A stretch of 63,581 nucleotides of DNA, filler included, from Choristocarpus tenellus KU-1152 (GCA_964200185.2; 10 parts of 10 records of this genome joined end to end with filler, not necessarily neighbours in it), one strand, 5' to 3'. Numbered from the whole stretch's first letter, positions 37,079-50,615 are shown. Numbers and translations: made by a program. Notes: a model not told the origin generated them from the letters alone.

Positions 37079-38824
37079 TCACTTGGTGACCTGATAGAGA
37101 AGACTTGCCCTCGAGTATGATTGACTCGGATTTTGTTGCTGTTGGGGTCTTGCACGGTCTCTTGGTGTATCTTGTGAGTGACTCGTACTATCTACAAACC
37201 ATACATGTATGATGCACATGCAATGTGTTTGGGAGAGTATTCACAACAGCATTTGATGGTCATACAGAGTATATGTACTATGGTACAGGACTGCATAAAT
37301 CGAGTAAGGTTGTATAATGCAGCACTCGTGTTGAGGTTGGTCTATTCGTAGTGCCACAGTGCCATCCGACTGCTGTCCTTGTTCTCATAGAGCACAGGAC
37401 CCTGCATGCTCATTTACAAATGTGACTAGCAACACCAACCAGACTGAAACAAGAGCTGCACTAGATAGATTTCCGGGAATACCCCCCCCCACTCTACCTG
37501 CCGATCAACTTCCACAAGGAGCAAACTCTGTATGCAGGGATGGCCTTGATCACTACCACCTCAAGGAACGCACTGTCACAACAACTCTGAATCATCCATC
37601 TTCTGGATTAAGTCTTCTGTTTCCAAACTTCACACCCACACCCACCAATGGGGAGTCTGTCTCTAGAAATCATCTACTACGAATGGTACTAGGTACTACA
37701 ATACTTCAAGGTATATGATGAATATGTCTCTACTGAACATCCCTGTCTTCAAACCATTCACTGATAATGACTGCAATATCTATAAACAACTACCATATAT
37801 ATTTTATGGAGTATATACTGTATTCCCACAGTCTACCCAACCTTCGGTGGCAGCATTCACTCATTCCCATACTCAATCATAGTGTAGATCTGCCCAAGGT
37901 GGTGGTGTACTGCTTTGTTTTTGTTGCTACTGGTGATGCCGTAAAATTTTGACCTTCCTCTCGCCCAGGTGAGCTTGGAGGTCAATTGGACTTGAACACC
38001 TTGTTCTTGCTTGATGAACTGTGTAAGGAACGGAGGGAGACCCACCCCACCTTGCCCGGGTCTAAGGTTGTAGACGGAAAGGGAAGATATACATAGAGAG
38101 AAATCATAGACTTCATGCATGCCACATTCCACATTCCACATTCATGCATGCGTCAAAGGAGAGTGCCAACGAAACAGGTTCTATTGTAGCTTTCACACCT
38201 CATGTGATGCATCCTCCAGTTGATGAAGTGTTCCCTTTGACAGATGTGAAGGTGGTGTTGTCGCTGAGGACAAAGGCTGGGCTTGTGCAAGGTCGATGAG
38301 ACCCCACGCCCTGTACTCAATCTCTGCGTCTACAGTTGCCGTGTCATTTTGATGCTGCTGGAGAGGGGGGGGAGGATGGGGAGGGAAATGATAAACATGG
38401 AAAATAATATCCTTGTCTAACCACAAACCAACAGCATTCCATCCTCCATGCGGCATATTTTTATTCCATCATACAATTGGTGGATGGTTGAATCATTTTC
38501 TCTGGCAATTCAAACTTGGCAAGCACAGTCCACAGGAGATCGTCGTCAACACCTCAAACGACTTATGAAGGGGAAGTTTAAAATCGAGAGTTTGATCTAA
38601 GGTTGATATTTGGAAGGCGTTGTTGATACAAATTACATAAGATAATATGTATCTCAACATAGAAGGACTTCCAACAGAGAGTTGTTGGTGGAAGTCCACA
38701 AGGGAGTTGGGGGAGTTCACCAAATCAATAGCAAGCTGCACCCAGAATTTCTCAACGTCCAGTGTCTTTGTAAAACTTGGTGCGGAGTGATCAGAACGGG
38801 CGTGCCTCAGGCATCGCTAGCACT

Positions 38825-40278
38825 ATGGTAGACAAGGACACAATAGACAGAGCTCGCGAACGAGTTCGTGACGATGGCGTCCTAGTTGCTGATGTCGCCT
38901 CCATCGTATCCGTTTCCCTCGGTTTGACTAAGCCCAATCGGACGTTGGGTCGTAACGTCGTGATAGCTGCCCTGGATGCACATATCGCTGCAACAGGATC
39001 GCAAGGAGGTGGCCTGGACTCATTTCGGGCAGCAACCCGTGCCTATGGTGCTGTTGGAGACGATGTGCTGTCGGACGTGTTCGGTAAGGTGACAATACGC
39101 TTTCGTGGCGCTACCGTTCAACTTCAGGCCATGAAAGCGGAGGAGGGACGGGAGGGGGCTGGTCAGGAAGCAGCTGATGGCAACGAGGCTGATGGAGAAA
39201 TGTCAGGATTCGGCAAAGTTGAGCGACTGGGTCCGGCTAGGGCAGGACCAATGCTCAAAGGGGGACTGGTGAAGAAGCATACGTTTCAGGTAAGCCTTAA
39301 GGAAACATTACAATCAGTTGGAGTGCCTATCAAGGGATACAACTCCTGTAGTATCAGGGTCATGAAGGAAGTAGCACTTTGATGGCTTTGATTTGTCAGC
39401 TCTACAATGGTCAGTTGTGACGTCTGATCTGGGACTGGACCTGGGACTGGGGCCGAAACCGGTATTTCTACTGGGAAATGTTCGACGGTGTAGTATAAGC
39501 ACAGGACTGCAAGACATAGTCTTTTGGGACGTCTTCACCAAGGTATATGATCGAGGTCACTTCGTGAGGGCTATATCATAACATCTCATCAGGGTCGATG
39601 TAGCAGCACAGCAGGAGTGACACGACAGGCAATGCGTTGGTACTTCTTGATACTGTGCGTTTGTACAATGCAGTATTGTACGATTGCACTGCTGAGCAGA
39701 TAACTTGTGGATTTTGAGGCTGCCTATTGCTCCCTTTGTCACCAGACGTTTGCAGTCCCCCTCCTTCCCTTCCGACCTTTGAAGTAATTCCTCCTAAGCG
39801 ATGACATGATATTCCAGTGCAAAAATAGTTAAGGGCATGTACAAGGTTTGCGTTATTCGTAGATTGAGGGTACGGAGGAGAATGTGTACGGCGAGTGCAT
39901 CCTGTTCAATTCATGTGACTTATCGGCTATTCTATTGTCTTCCTACTTTTTTTTTACTACTGTGCCCCCTACCCCTCAATCTCGGCATTACTCACAACTG
40001 CTCTTCCAGCCACCAGCGCAAAGGGTGACCCAAGGCTCGCTACTTGGGCTTGACAAATTGGCTGCCCAGAAAAGAGGAGAGAAGGAGGCATTGGCGGGAG
40101 GGAAGGGGCAGGGCAATGGGGGAGGTGATGGGAAACCGTCTGCAAGGGGTGGTATTTCCTTTGCATTTAGTACAGCAGAAGGAGAAGGAGGAAGGGATGG
40201 GGAATTGGATGGGGATGAGGGGGGAGAGTGGGTACCTCTGCAGAAACGGAATGGCTCTGGACAGGAGACCTCAGTCAG
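38825..40278 (+). CDS. PRP16: Pre-mRNA splicing DEAH helicase PRP16/DHX38, first two exons (38825-39289, 40010-40278); helicase core is outside this contig
   Basis: The spliced junction gives KGGLVKKHTFQ|PPAQRVTQGSLLGLDKLAAQKR, matching the PRP16/DHX38 N-terminal motif GGL...H.F..P....SLLGLD.LA..KR. Strong CAG|GTAAG donor and TTCCAG acceptor. Confidence 0.7.
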
Positions 40279-41459
40279 GTACCGCTGTAGTTCACTTCAT
40301 TTATTTTTTTCGAGTGTGTTTTTTCTGATTTTTCAGTGTGCATGTTAAAGGCGTAATGTACAAATTGTGACTTTACAATATTGCAATACGACACAATGCT
40401 TCCGGTGTTCATTCTGGGGGGAAAGGGGGGGGTTGAGCGATACTAATCGTAATGAAGATGAGGTGGGGTTGTGTCTGAGTTGAATTGCTGTAGAGCGAAT
40501 TAAGACTTTTCAAGTACAAATTTTTTAGGGAAAATATATCGGCCTTGTCATTTCGGCCCAGATGTTACCTTCAATTTTGTCACGATCGAATTATACAACA
40601 CCATTGTGATCTGCATATTTCACGTGCTAACGCGGGACTGCTTTTGTCCAGAGACTATGCAAGATGGATTTGTGTATTGACCTGTAGTACAAGGTGTTCT
40701 GGAATAAAGTTGTTGCATCATGTCAGTTGTAACTGCCCACTGCAATGGTTCAGAGCATGTGTCAAGGGTAGGTGAAGTGAGATGCATCACTGTCAAACTC
40801 TGGTTCATTGAAAATGACCAATCTCAAGTTGGAGGCGCAAGGGGTACTGTGCAAGTGAAGGCGCTGGTGCATATGTGATCAAAAACTTTTCCTCTTTTCC
40901 TGAGGTGTTGAATGTTCAATCTGACATCACAATAGAACTGATATATTTTGCAAGTCTATCGGTGATTTCGGGGCTTATTCCGTCTAAATTTCTAGCTTGG
41001 AATGACTGCTCTAGCAAAAGAACATGAGGTTATTATTCTGACAGCCTAAACTCGGCATTATTATTCTGACCCGGCATATTTTCGCATTCAATTCGGCAGG
41101 TATTCATTTTTCAGCACAGATAAGGGAAGAATCCGATTATCACCCCCATAGTGCAAGAACATCACCAGTTTAGTTAGTATAGGAATCTAGGAAGGCATTT
41201 CATAATGTTGTGCAGCATTTCAGTTATTTATGAAGGATTGGTTTATACATATATATATTCAACATTCGGGCTCAAATTATCTGGGGGGGGGGGGGGTGGG
41301 GGGGATACCAAAAGGGCCCAAATAAGTGGCGGTGGAGAAGGAAAAAAATATGTATGGGGNNNNNNNNNNNNNNNNNNNNNNNNNNNNNNNNNNNNNNNNN
41401 NNNTTAATTAATTAANNNNNNNNNNNNNNNNNNNNNNNNNNNNNNNNNNNNNNNNNNNN

Positions 41460-42600
41460 CTGTTGGACAGGGCCTCCTCCCTCCCTAGGGATCTGCTGGT
41501 GGTGAGCTTGAATTCTTTAGGGGGGATCTGGCATGCCGGCTCCAGGGGTTGTGCTGAGGCTCATGCATTTGCCCCTTGTCCACACTGGCTCTGGTGGCAT
41601 GCTAGGGCTTAGTGAGAAACTTTCCTTCCTCTATTGCACTTCATTTGGTAGGCCGGCTAGTCGTATCCGAAAGGAGTCAAAACAGATCCTGTTCAGAAAG
41701 CGTGTGATCTCAAGTTGAGCCCTCCTTGTTATCCTGGCTTCATGAGCTGTCAGGATGTGGACCTCCAGGGCAGGTGTAGGGGATGTTGTTCCCCCTCAGG
41801 TTTACCCGGTCTTGGCCAAAGATTTCTACAAGGTCTTCTGAGGGGATACCTGTAGAGAGGAGGGTGTGGATGGATGATCCCAAAGCCTGTACCGTGGCTC
41901 ACACAAACAGCTTGTGAGAAGAACTCGCCATGAGACCCTTGCTGTCTTCCTAGGAGGGTGGGAAGAGTGGTCACCAGTGGTCCTACGAAAGCCGCGTGTT
42001 GGCAAATGTTTCATAGAAGAAAGGCCTAAGCCCCCCACACTTGCAGAAATCTGTGCCTGTACTTGTTGGTTGGTCTCTAGGCGGAGAGACCCATTGTTAC
42101 ACCCTCCCTCAAAAAAATACGTCGCCTCTGTTGAGTCTGCTAACTCCATTATCTTCTCTAGTATCCATAATGAGGTGTTGCCTGCTTGCTTCATGGTGGA
42201 GCGTGCCAGGTGGGGGGGAGTGACCCTCACAAGATAGCCTAGGTGGGAGGAGAGGGACCAGGAATTGAGGAGCCAGGCCACCTGTTTCTCCTCCATCTCG
42301 CTGGTGTGTGTGGCCAAAGTTCGTGTCCCAGAGCTCTCGGTCACCTCAGCATTATGGACTTGGATTAAGCCATCTGTTCCCAATGTGACGAAACCATTAG
42401 AGTTCTGGGCTAGGTTGAGTAGAAAGAACCTCCAGTTCTGACGGTGTGGGTTGGTGGCCCTGGGGAGGTGCGGCAAAGGTCTTGTTCATATTCAAGTCAA
42501 TATCTACCTCATGGAGGTCAGTTTTTAACTGCCCTAAAGAAGGTATGGTGTCAGGGTCAATCTCCCTTGCAGAAATGGACGTGTCGTCCACATACATATG
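41460..42600 (-). pseudogene. Degraded reverse transcriptase region of a CRE-like non-LTR retrotransposon
   Basis: YVDD catalytic motif (MYVDDTSI), then DLNMNKT, a frameshift, then HLGYLVRVTPP and QAQISASVGGLGL, which are typical post-RT motifs of CRE-clade elements. Confidence 0.7.
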
Positions 42601-42665
42601 TTAGTGATATGTGTGTTCAGGGATAGTGAGGGATTGGAAGTAGAAAACATTTCAAGATGTGGAAT

Positions 42666-42923
42666 GAGTGAAACTATCTTAGAGGGTACGAATTTTTCCC
42701 TGTTTGTCCATCATTGTGGGGCTTGGCTTCCCATGGGTTTTTTCATGACATTTTCCGACTCCAAAATGTTTCGGAGTAGGTAAAATGTGTACGTTATGAA
42801 AGGCGTGTCCGAAACATAGTGATACTTCTTAACAAACACGATAGCCAAAATTTCATCAAAATCACAACATTGTATTTTGACCCCCAAATGGACGCGGCTC
42901 TACCCTCTAAGATACTTTGGCTC
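42666..42923 (+). mobile_element. MITE family A, TSD GAAT
   Basis: GAGTGAAACTATCTTAGAGGGTA...TACCCTCTAAGATACTTTGGCTC with GAAT on both flanks. Confidence 0.9.
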
Positions 42924-45408
42924 GAATTTGTTATCCTTACGTTAGAAATAGTAAATAGATTGATGTCATTCACATTCACGACAATTGTTTCTTTTTTAGG
43001 TTTTTATTCCGACATGTGAATAGTTTTCGTTGTTTTTTCCTCTGACACATATTCAAAATGTCAAAGGTATAATATTAAATTACAAATAATCCAACACCTT
43101 TTAACAGTAGTTTTTCCTCTTTTAGCCCTAACACGTCTGTAAAACGTCAGAGAGGTCATGACAAGGTCGTCATACACCTTTTTCTTTTCCATAGTAGTCT
43201 ATACACAAAATCTTCCTTCCATCTCCTTACCGTCCACTGTACAATTACAGTGAACACTATTTTATTATTATGCCCTCTGACATTTTGCAGATGTGTCAGG
43301 GGGAAAACCAATGAAGAAAACACATTTATTAGTAATAAGTTGGTTCTGTCTTTGGAAGTGTCGTATGTGTTTGTATCGCTGTTGGATAAAGGTGGCGTCT
43401 CTCAGAGCTACTCCTCTCCCCAGCAACCCCCCCCACGAGCTCACCATGTAAACGGCCCGATCGTTGGGGATACGAAACCTGCAAAAAAATGGATGTTCTT
43501 CCTCCCCATTCTCCTTGTCCATCAAAGCGTAGATCAGCAATATCACACTTGCGTTTATCATCTGCCTAGATCTCGCCTGCAACCTAAAAGTAGATTCATC
43601 GAAAGACGATGAACTAGACGACGACGAACTGGAAGACGATAACTTGAGGATGATGAACCTGAGGACAATGACATTCGGTTTCTCTCATTCTCTTCGTCCA
43701 TTTTGTCCATCTTGAACCAGATGTGTTACACGAAATAATTCTGTAGCCCCAAGTACATTGCTACGAACAACAACAAAGCCCAAATCGAAATACCAAGAAT
43801 TCCGTTCAGATTTGCCTTGAAATTTGGTCACGAATCCTCTGATCCACCCACCTCCTTTCTGATTTGCCCCGTTCAGAAATGCCTAAAAATTGCTGTATAA
43901 TTCCCACTCGTCACGATTCTCTGTTTGGAAATGCCCAAAAATGTCAAAAAGCAAAACCAAACGGGTCTGAAAACGTACGTATAGGAGATGACCTAAGAAA
44001 AATTATCCTTAACCGACACATATATCCTATTATTATATATATCTTATTATGCTCTCTGATATTTTGCAGGTGTGTCAGGGGGGAAACCAATGAAAACTGT
44101 ACATATGTCGTTTATATCCAATTGCTTTTCGTCATATACCTGCAAAATCTTCAAAGGCAAAATACTATAATTATCATGAAAACAATACAAACACAACAGT
44201 TCAAGGAGGAGGGGATGGGGTTGTGGAGGTGATGGAGGAAGGTGACGACGGCACACGAGACAGNNNNNNNNNNNNNNNNNNNNNNNNNNNNNNNNNNNNN
44301 NNNNNNNTTAATTAATTAANNNNNNNNNNNNNNNNNNNNNNNNNNNNNNNNNNNNNNNNNNNNGTGAAAAACGGACGCCGGTACCTCCCCCCCAGATACT
44401 TTGACCCTTTTGGAATAGGAAGTGAGTCGCATGATTAGAAAAGGATACTGTGTGATGGCACAGTTTGCACATTCCGTTCACAACAACACATACGCCAGAA
44501 TAGGGGCAAAAGAGGACCATCCCTTCCCTTATGACGTATACTACATGATCTTACATTCTCAAAAAACACTTCAGTCCACAAAAGAGAGCTCTCTCTCTTT
44601 CCTCAACAGCACAAACACCATATCCCTTGGAGGCGGTGAGCTTCCCTGTGGCTTGGGGGTTTTTGCACATGACAGGTTCTTTGTGACTAACATTTTCACA
44701 AGGTTGGACATTGTAATGTCTGGAATGTCCTCCTCCTAAACAGTCAGTGAATACCATACATAGTGTTATTATGTAAAAGTGGGGTGGGAATCGGGCAATT
44801 AAGGTACATCTTGTCATTTTGAGGACGGAATATAAGCACATGTCCACGAGATCATGAGGCTGAGGTTGCGGTATTCTTGATAATTATTGGGCGTGCTGAA
44901 TGTGACTTCTCCGTAGAGGTGCTGATCACATGGCGTGGTGCTTTCATTTCTCGCTGTAGCTCTTAAAGTAGTGGTTGGACTCCGCTCGCAAACGATTCTC
45001 TTCTCGTAATAGTGATCCCTTCCTTTTAGTTCCCTTGGCTTATGGCTTTGTGATAGGACATGACAGGCCCTGAGCAGTGAGATGAACGGTCAGGCGCTAT
45101 CAATAGCGAGAAAGAGTCCCATTTCTTGCTCTCGTGGTATTATAGAAACCCTCCCCAGTGTCATCGATCTCATTCCATGTGCACTGGCCATCCTCCTTGT
45201 TATTCTGGTTGACTACCTTCTATTTGCTGACGATTCCTCACACTGTTCTACAGCTCTCGTTGCCAAGGGCTCACACAAATGTTCTTCCAACTTCATCCTT
45301 GTCTCCGTAGTAGCCAGAATACTCATCATCCCTGTGTTCGTCACCAGAGTCGGAACAATGAAACATTGGAAAGTCGCCCTGGGACTCCACGTGGTTGTGC
45401 TTGAGACC

Positions 45409-45660
45409 GAGCCAGAGCATTTAAGAGGGTAGGGTCGCGTCCATTTGGTGTCCAAAATCCAATGTTGCGATTTTGATTAATTTCGGCTATCGTGTTTGTT
45501 AGTGTCAATATCCTTGCTCGGGACACACCTTTCATAGTCATACACATTTTAGGTAACTGTATTCACACAGAAAGCGGAAAAAGGGGAAAAAACCCCGTGG
45601 GAAGCCAAGCCCCAAACGGACAAACAGGGCAAACTCCTAACCCTCTTAAATGCTTAGAGT
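45409..45660 (-). mobile_element. Degenerate MITE family A copy
   Basis: GAGCCAGAGCATTTAAGAGGGTA start and a body similar to family A; right end eroded. Confidence 0.7.
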
Positions 45661-47028
45661 CACCCTCTTCTCTGTGAGAACGTGAATGCACCAAAACCTT
45701 GGCTGTGGTGGACTAAGATCCAGAAGTTTGTATCAAGATGTCGCATATTTCTTAGTAAGTACGGAGCTGGAAAAATGAAAGGAGTTGATTTCTGGGCGAG
45801 TGGGACTGACTGTGCTATCACTAAATGCTCCCTCTCCCATCTGTTATTGTCAAAAGTATTATATTTGTATGTATCCCAAAAGGTTGGAAACTGGCACGCA
45901 GGTTCTTCAAACTGAAGGGGAGCGGGAAGACCCAAAGAGAAATGGAAATGAGAGAGACAAGGCAAGGGGGTGAGCAACCCTCAGAAGGTCGCTCAGAGAA
46001 GGATTGAACAAGGAAAGTGGATGAGGGGACTGTTGTTGTACACTCCGTTCAACAACACAATATTGACGTCATCAGGAAGCAATAGTGATGTCATGTGGAA
46101 ACAGACTCTGAAGTATATACATTCTAAAGAAACTACCCTTTAAAGGTATGCCTTGGCAGGAAGGTGGGTATGACATATAGTACTTCCTTCTTTGTTTGGA
46201 ATCAGATGTAACATAACTTTTCAAGCGGGAATGCCCGACGTGATGAACCGTCTGGACGACGCTTAGTTCTCATGCAGATTGGGAGGCGTGCAAAGAAAGT
46301 TTGAGGTGCTGAACTGTCATGGCTGTGGAGTACCACCAGTGCAAAGTCGATCAAGTCGTATTTAACGTGGTTCAAAAACCTCGTGAGACTATCAAAGCGG
46401 ATATTGTTGGGATAGCTAGGACGAAGGCCCCCCGTCGTTTGAGTGGCTTGCTCATCCCGTCGTCATAGGTGTCGGTCGTCCCAATTCTTTACCCGAGAAG
46501 TCTGTTCAGGGTCCAGACACAAACACCCCGATAAAGAACTGTGTTGTGGTGCAATGCCTAGAGGCAAGAGGGCACAAGACTCGCACAACTCCATCACTGT
46601 CACATATGTGACAATATATGTGACAAGAAGAAGAGTCTGTGTTTGCAATCCCAGAATATTTTCGTTGTGTCGATTGTATTTTCTGGTTTGACCCAAAGTA
46701 TACGAGAGGTACCCAGTTTTGACCATTTTGGCTTCTAAGACAGTTTTTGAATCTAATGCAATTTAGTCATATTTTTCTCGATGAAATGTAAGTTTGACTC
46801 GACAAAGAAAGGTTGGTTTCTCCATTTTGAAACGTTTCGACACGATTCGGTACATATACATATATATATATATATATATATATGTGAATCGTGTGATTCT
46901 GTGGCGGCGTGGTTCACTCAGGCAAGGGNNNNNNNNNNNNNNNNNNNNNNNNNNNNNNNNNNNNNNNNNNNNTTAATTAATTAANNNNNNNNNNNNNNNN
47001 NNNNNNNNNNNNNNNNNNNNNNNNNNNN

Positions 47029-47163
47029 CAGGCATTTGTTGAATCTGACTTGGATGAGGAGGTGTACATGCGCCTCCGACAGGGATGTGGAGATCTTTCT
47101 TGTACCACCGTACGCCTTAACAGGTCCCTATATGGCTTAAATCAAGCCTCTAGGACTTGGAAT
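47029..47163 (+). pseudogene. Ty1/copia reverse transcriptase fragment
   Basis: QAFVESDLDEEVYMRL...RLNRSLYGLNQASRTWN matches the copia RT motifs AF...L.EEVYM and SLYGLKQA.R.W. Confidence 0.85.
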
Positions 47164-47206
47164 ACAAGAGGGAAATCTTGGGAGGGGAAGGGTTTGGGCT
47201 CACAGC

Positions 47207-50200
47207 ATGACATTGTGCATTGAAGACCGAAGTCAAGGCAATGAGTTCGTCCCGAACGCCGTGGAGATGTTTGTGAAAGACCACCTAATACTTCTAGCCA
47301 GTGAATACGGACAGACCCTAGAGGTCCTCTACATCTGGTACGATGGCTGCAGGAGCCAGTTCAAGAACAGATGGCAGATGTGGTGGGTTTCTCAGTCTTT
47401 AGCGCGGATGGTAATTTCCGTAGTATACAACTTCTTTGCCTCCTGTCACGGCAAGTCCTTGTCTGGTGAAGTCAGGGCTGTGGTGAAGTCTGCTGCCAGG
47501 AGACTGAAACTACACGGGGTACGCATGATGCCAGGAACCTTATCCCTAGTGGATTCAATCAAGGCAACAAAAGCTCAGTATACCTTGAAGAATCCGACAC
47601 CAGAGGGTGAGTGGCGCTACTGCAAAGGTCATTAGGTTCCAGGCAGACAATCGTCACAAAGGTAGGCACACTCCCCACGATGGCCCCCCCCACTCACAAA
47701 GTTCCGCTTCTGTTTGCCACTGGCGACAAATCCTACACATAAGCCCCTTGCCCACATCTGCAACAAACACTCAACACGTACCGTTCGAACTTATGTCAAA
47801 TCCGTCACTCCCTTCACGCCGACACGATGCGCGGCGTCAAGATAACACATATGCACTTATGAAATGACTGCACAGATAGTCTATACACACTTACAACTAT
47901 CGCCTCCTATTTTGTACAAGTCTGCCAATCGGTAAACTCTCGCAAAACTCCAAGTTCCTCTTTTCTTTCTAGTGTCAACGTCGACCAAATACCCATCGCT
48001 TGTTGCAGAAATATATACCACATACATTACATGCATGATTCTCCTCGCCGCCTGGATCTGATCCCTCCTTGCCATTCGTATCGGTCTGCAATCTCCCGCC
48101 CCTTGATAACCCATACACTAAAGAGTGAAAATATCTTAGAGGGCACGAGTTTTGCCCTGTTTGTCCATTTGGGGCGCTTGGCTTCCGATGGGTTCTTTTA
48201 TGACATTTACCTACTCCAAAATGTTTTGGAGTAGGTAAATGTATACGTTATGAAAAGGTGTGTCCGAAACATAGATATTGGCACTTCCTAACAAACACGA
48301 CAGCCAAAATTACATAAAAATATCAACATTGGATTTTGACCCCCAAATGGACGCGGTGCTACCCTCTAAGATACTTTGGGTCTAAACACGCAATAGATAT
48401 CGTTGACCCATTATGTAACATCCGTGCCTTCCCTCATGTTGACATCACGAATCACATGATAATCGCACATACGCACTTATTAATCGACCGCACACCGTCT
48501 GTGCACAGTTGCAACCATCACCCTCGATTTACAATGAGTCTGCCAATTGGTAAACTATCCCAAAAAACTCCAAGTTATTGTTTCCTTTCACGTAACAACG
48601 TCGGACATATATCCATCGCTTGCTGCAGGAATAGATACCACATGCACCACGTGTATGATTTTTCCCCACTCACAATAATTAATCCCTGGTTTGCAACTCG
48701 CGACACTCTGCACCCTCCCGCCCCTTGCTATCCCATATATTCCACCAAGGCAATAGATTTCGTCGACCCATTATGTCACATCCGTGCCTTCCCTTCATGC
48801 CGACACCATGAATCACATGATGATCGCTCATACGCACTTCTTAATCGACTGCACAAAGTCCGTGCACACTTGCAACCATCGCCCTCTATTTTCAGAAGTC
48901 TACCAATCGGCAAACAAACACAAAAATCCAAGTTTTGGGCTTCATCACTCACTGCCATCCGTCATTACCAAACACTCGTTACAGCAATTGGTAGCATATA
49001 TCACTCCAAACAAAATGCCATCACATCGAATCGGTCACAGCACACTGCCTCAGTGCTGACACTGACTCCAACACGTACCACCCCTCCCCTTATACGCACA
49101 ATCACCACACAACCCTTAGGATTGAACGGACAGGGACGGCAGACAGCACAGTAACACGTATACGAAGCTTCTATACATCGACACGTTCCGCACACAGGAG
49201 ATAGTCCACCTTCTGTCTTACAAGATCAACCGTGCGGGACGACACAACCCATGTGTCCCAAACCTCAGTGGAATCAAGTCCATGCACAGGTTCTTCACTG
49301 GTCGGCTCACCACCGGAGACTCCCGTACATTAATAAACACCGAACTGTCGTGCTACTGCACGAACTGTTCCATCGGCAACCTGGCCCAATGCAGGTGGAA
49401 TTAACCCACGTGCCCCCGCTTAAGGAGATAGACCTCGGATTTTCCACGGAAGCGGGAACGGGTGATATCTATCTGAGAAGTCAGCTGTCGAGGAAGAAGA
49501 GACAGCTCGCCGAGGGGAACATATGCATTGTACGGACGCAGCCATCGGAGTACAATGATATAGAGTTCTTGCCGCTCACTGTCCACCACAAGGACACGAT
49601 TCAATGGAATGCCAGACACCACTCCAGCTACGGGGGGATGTTCAGTGCTGGAGATGAGGTCGTCTTTGTCACTGAAGACTTCGAGGTGCTGAGTGCTAGC
49701 TTCTTTGATGGAGTGCCAACTATTCACTTGTCACGGACGGACAAGGCGAGTAACGCTTCTTATTGCTTCTAAGGGAACAATGCCCCATACAAATGATTCC
49801 ACATGTCCATATACAGGTGTCACACATATCCCCTTATATCTCCTCTAACCAACATAGATTCCTCCAATAACGTCCAATCCTGGCATCCAAATCAGTGTCA
49901 TTTTGTTCTCCCAATCTGCAACCGCCACTGACAACGTTCACATAATATTTCACAATTTACATAGGGCAAATAAGCGCACCCCATTCGTTCATTCCGCTGC
50001 CTAACTGTATCCTCTATCATACATAAAACTATCCGTTTCTCAAAAAAATCAACAAACAACACCCCTATACAACCAATACAGGCCATAACACGGAAACACA
50101 TTCCAATAGTCCTACACACCAACACAGCCCCCGCAACGAACATGTTTGTGGTGATGCAGGACGCACAACCGGGTCCCCGCATCGTGCCCCTTCAGGCTAT

Positions 50201-50615
50201 CATCATCCCAGACTTCACAGATATCGACCACAACCACCTGGACTACACATTCACGATCCTGCTTGGTCAATACCAGAGGTTCACCTCGGAATCCAATCGG
50301 CAATCTCTCGGTGGGATAACTGCTCGCTTCTCTTGGCAACTCAGACTTGGGGACACATCCGACGCCAGGTTCGGTCGAGGAACCAGCTCCATCCTACACG
50401 CGAGTGGGGGGGGGCATCGTACAGGGGAAGGTCAGCGATGGTTCAGGGGCGTATATTTTCTCAGTGTCCTACCTCCCGCGGACGATGGCGAAAAATCTTT
50501 GCCCCCTCAACTGGGGTCGTACATGACAGAGGACGAGATCGAGGAGGGCGTCAACCAACTTCGAGAGAAGAACAAGAGGGACAGTGACGAGGCTGCAGTC
50601 GTTTGTGTCAGATAA
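47207..50615 (+). pseudogene. Sola2-like DDD transposase relic, split by intron-like segments and a MITE
   Basis: 47207-47635 reads YIWYDGCRSQFKN...YNFFASCHGKSLSGEVRAVVKSAARR (Sola2 pattern SDGC..Q(Y/F)KN / FFA..HGK...DG..G.VK...R). About 49198-49403 reads SGIKSMHRF...ELSCYCTNCSIGNLAQC (Cys cluster). The downstream ORFs to 50615 are assigned only tentatively. Confidence 0.7.
48123..48382 (+). mobile_element. MITE family A, TSD TAAA, inserted inside the Sola2-like relic
   Basis: GAGTGAAAATATCTTAGAGGG...CCCTCTAAGATACTTTGGGTC with TAAA on both flanks. Confidence 0.9.

Noticed and set aside
37359-38456. Exon-like open segments on both strands upstream of PRP16
   Set aside because: The plus- and minus-strand models conflict and neither gives a recognisable domain.
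46100-46600. Possible hAT dimerisation-domain relic
   Set aside because: The similarity is too weak to support by eye.
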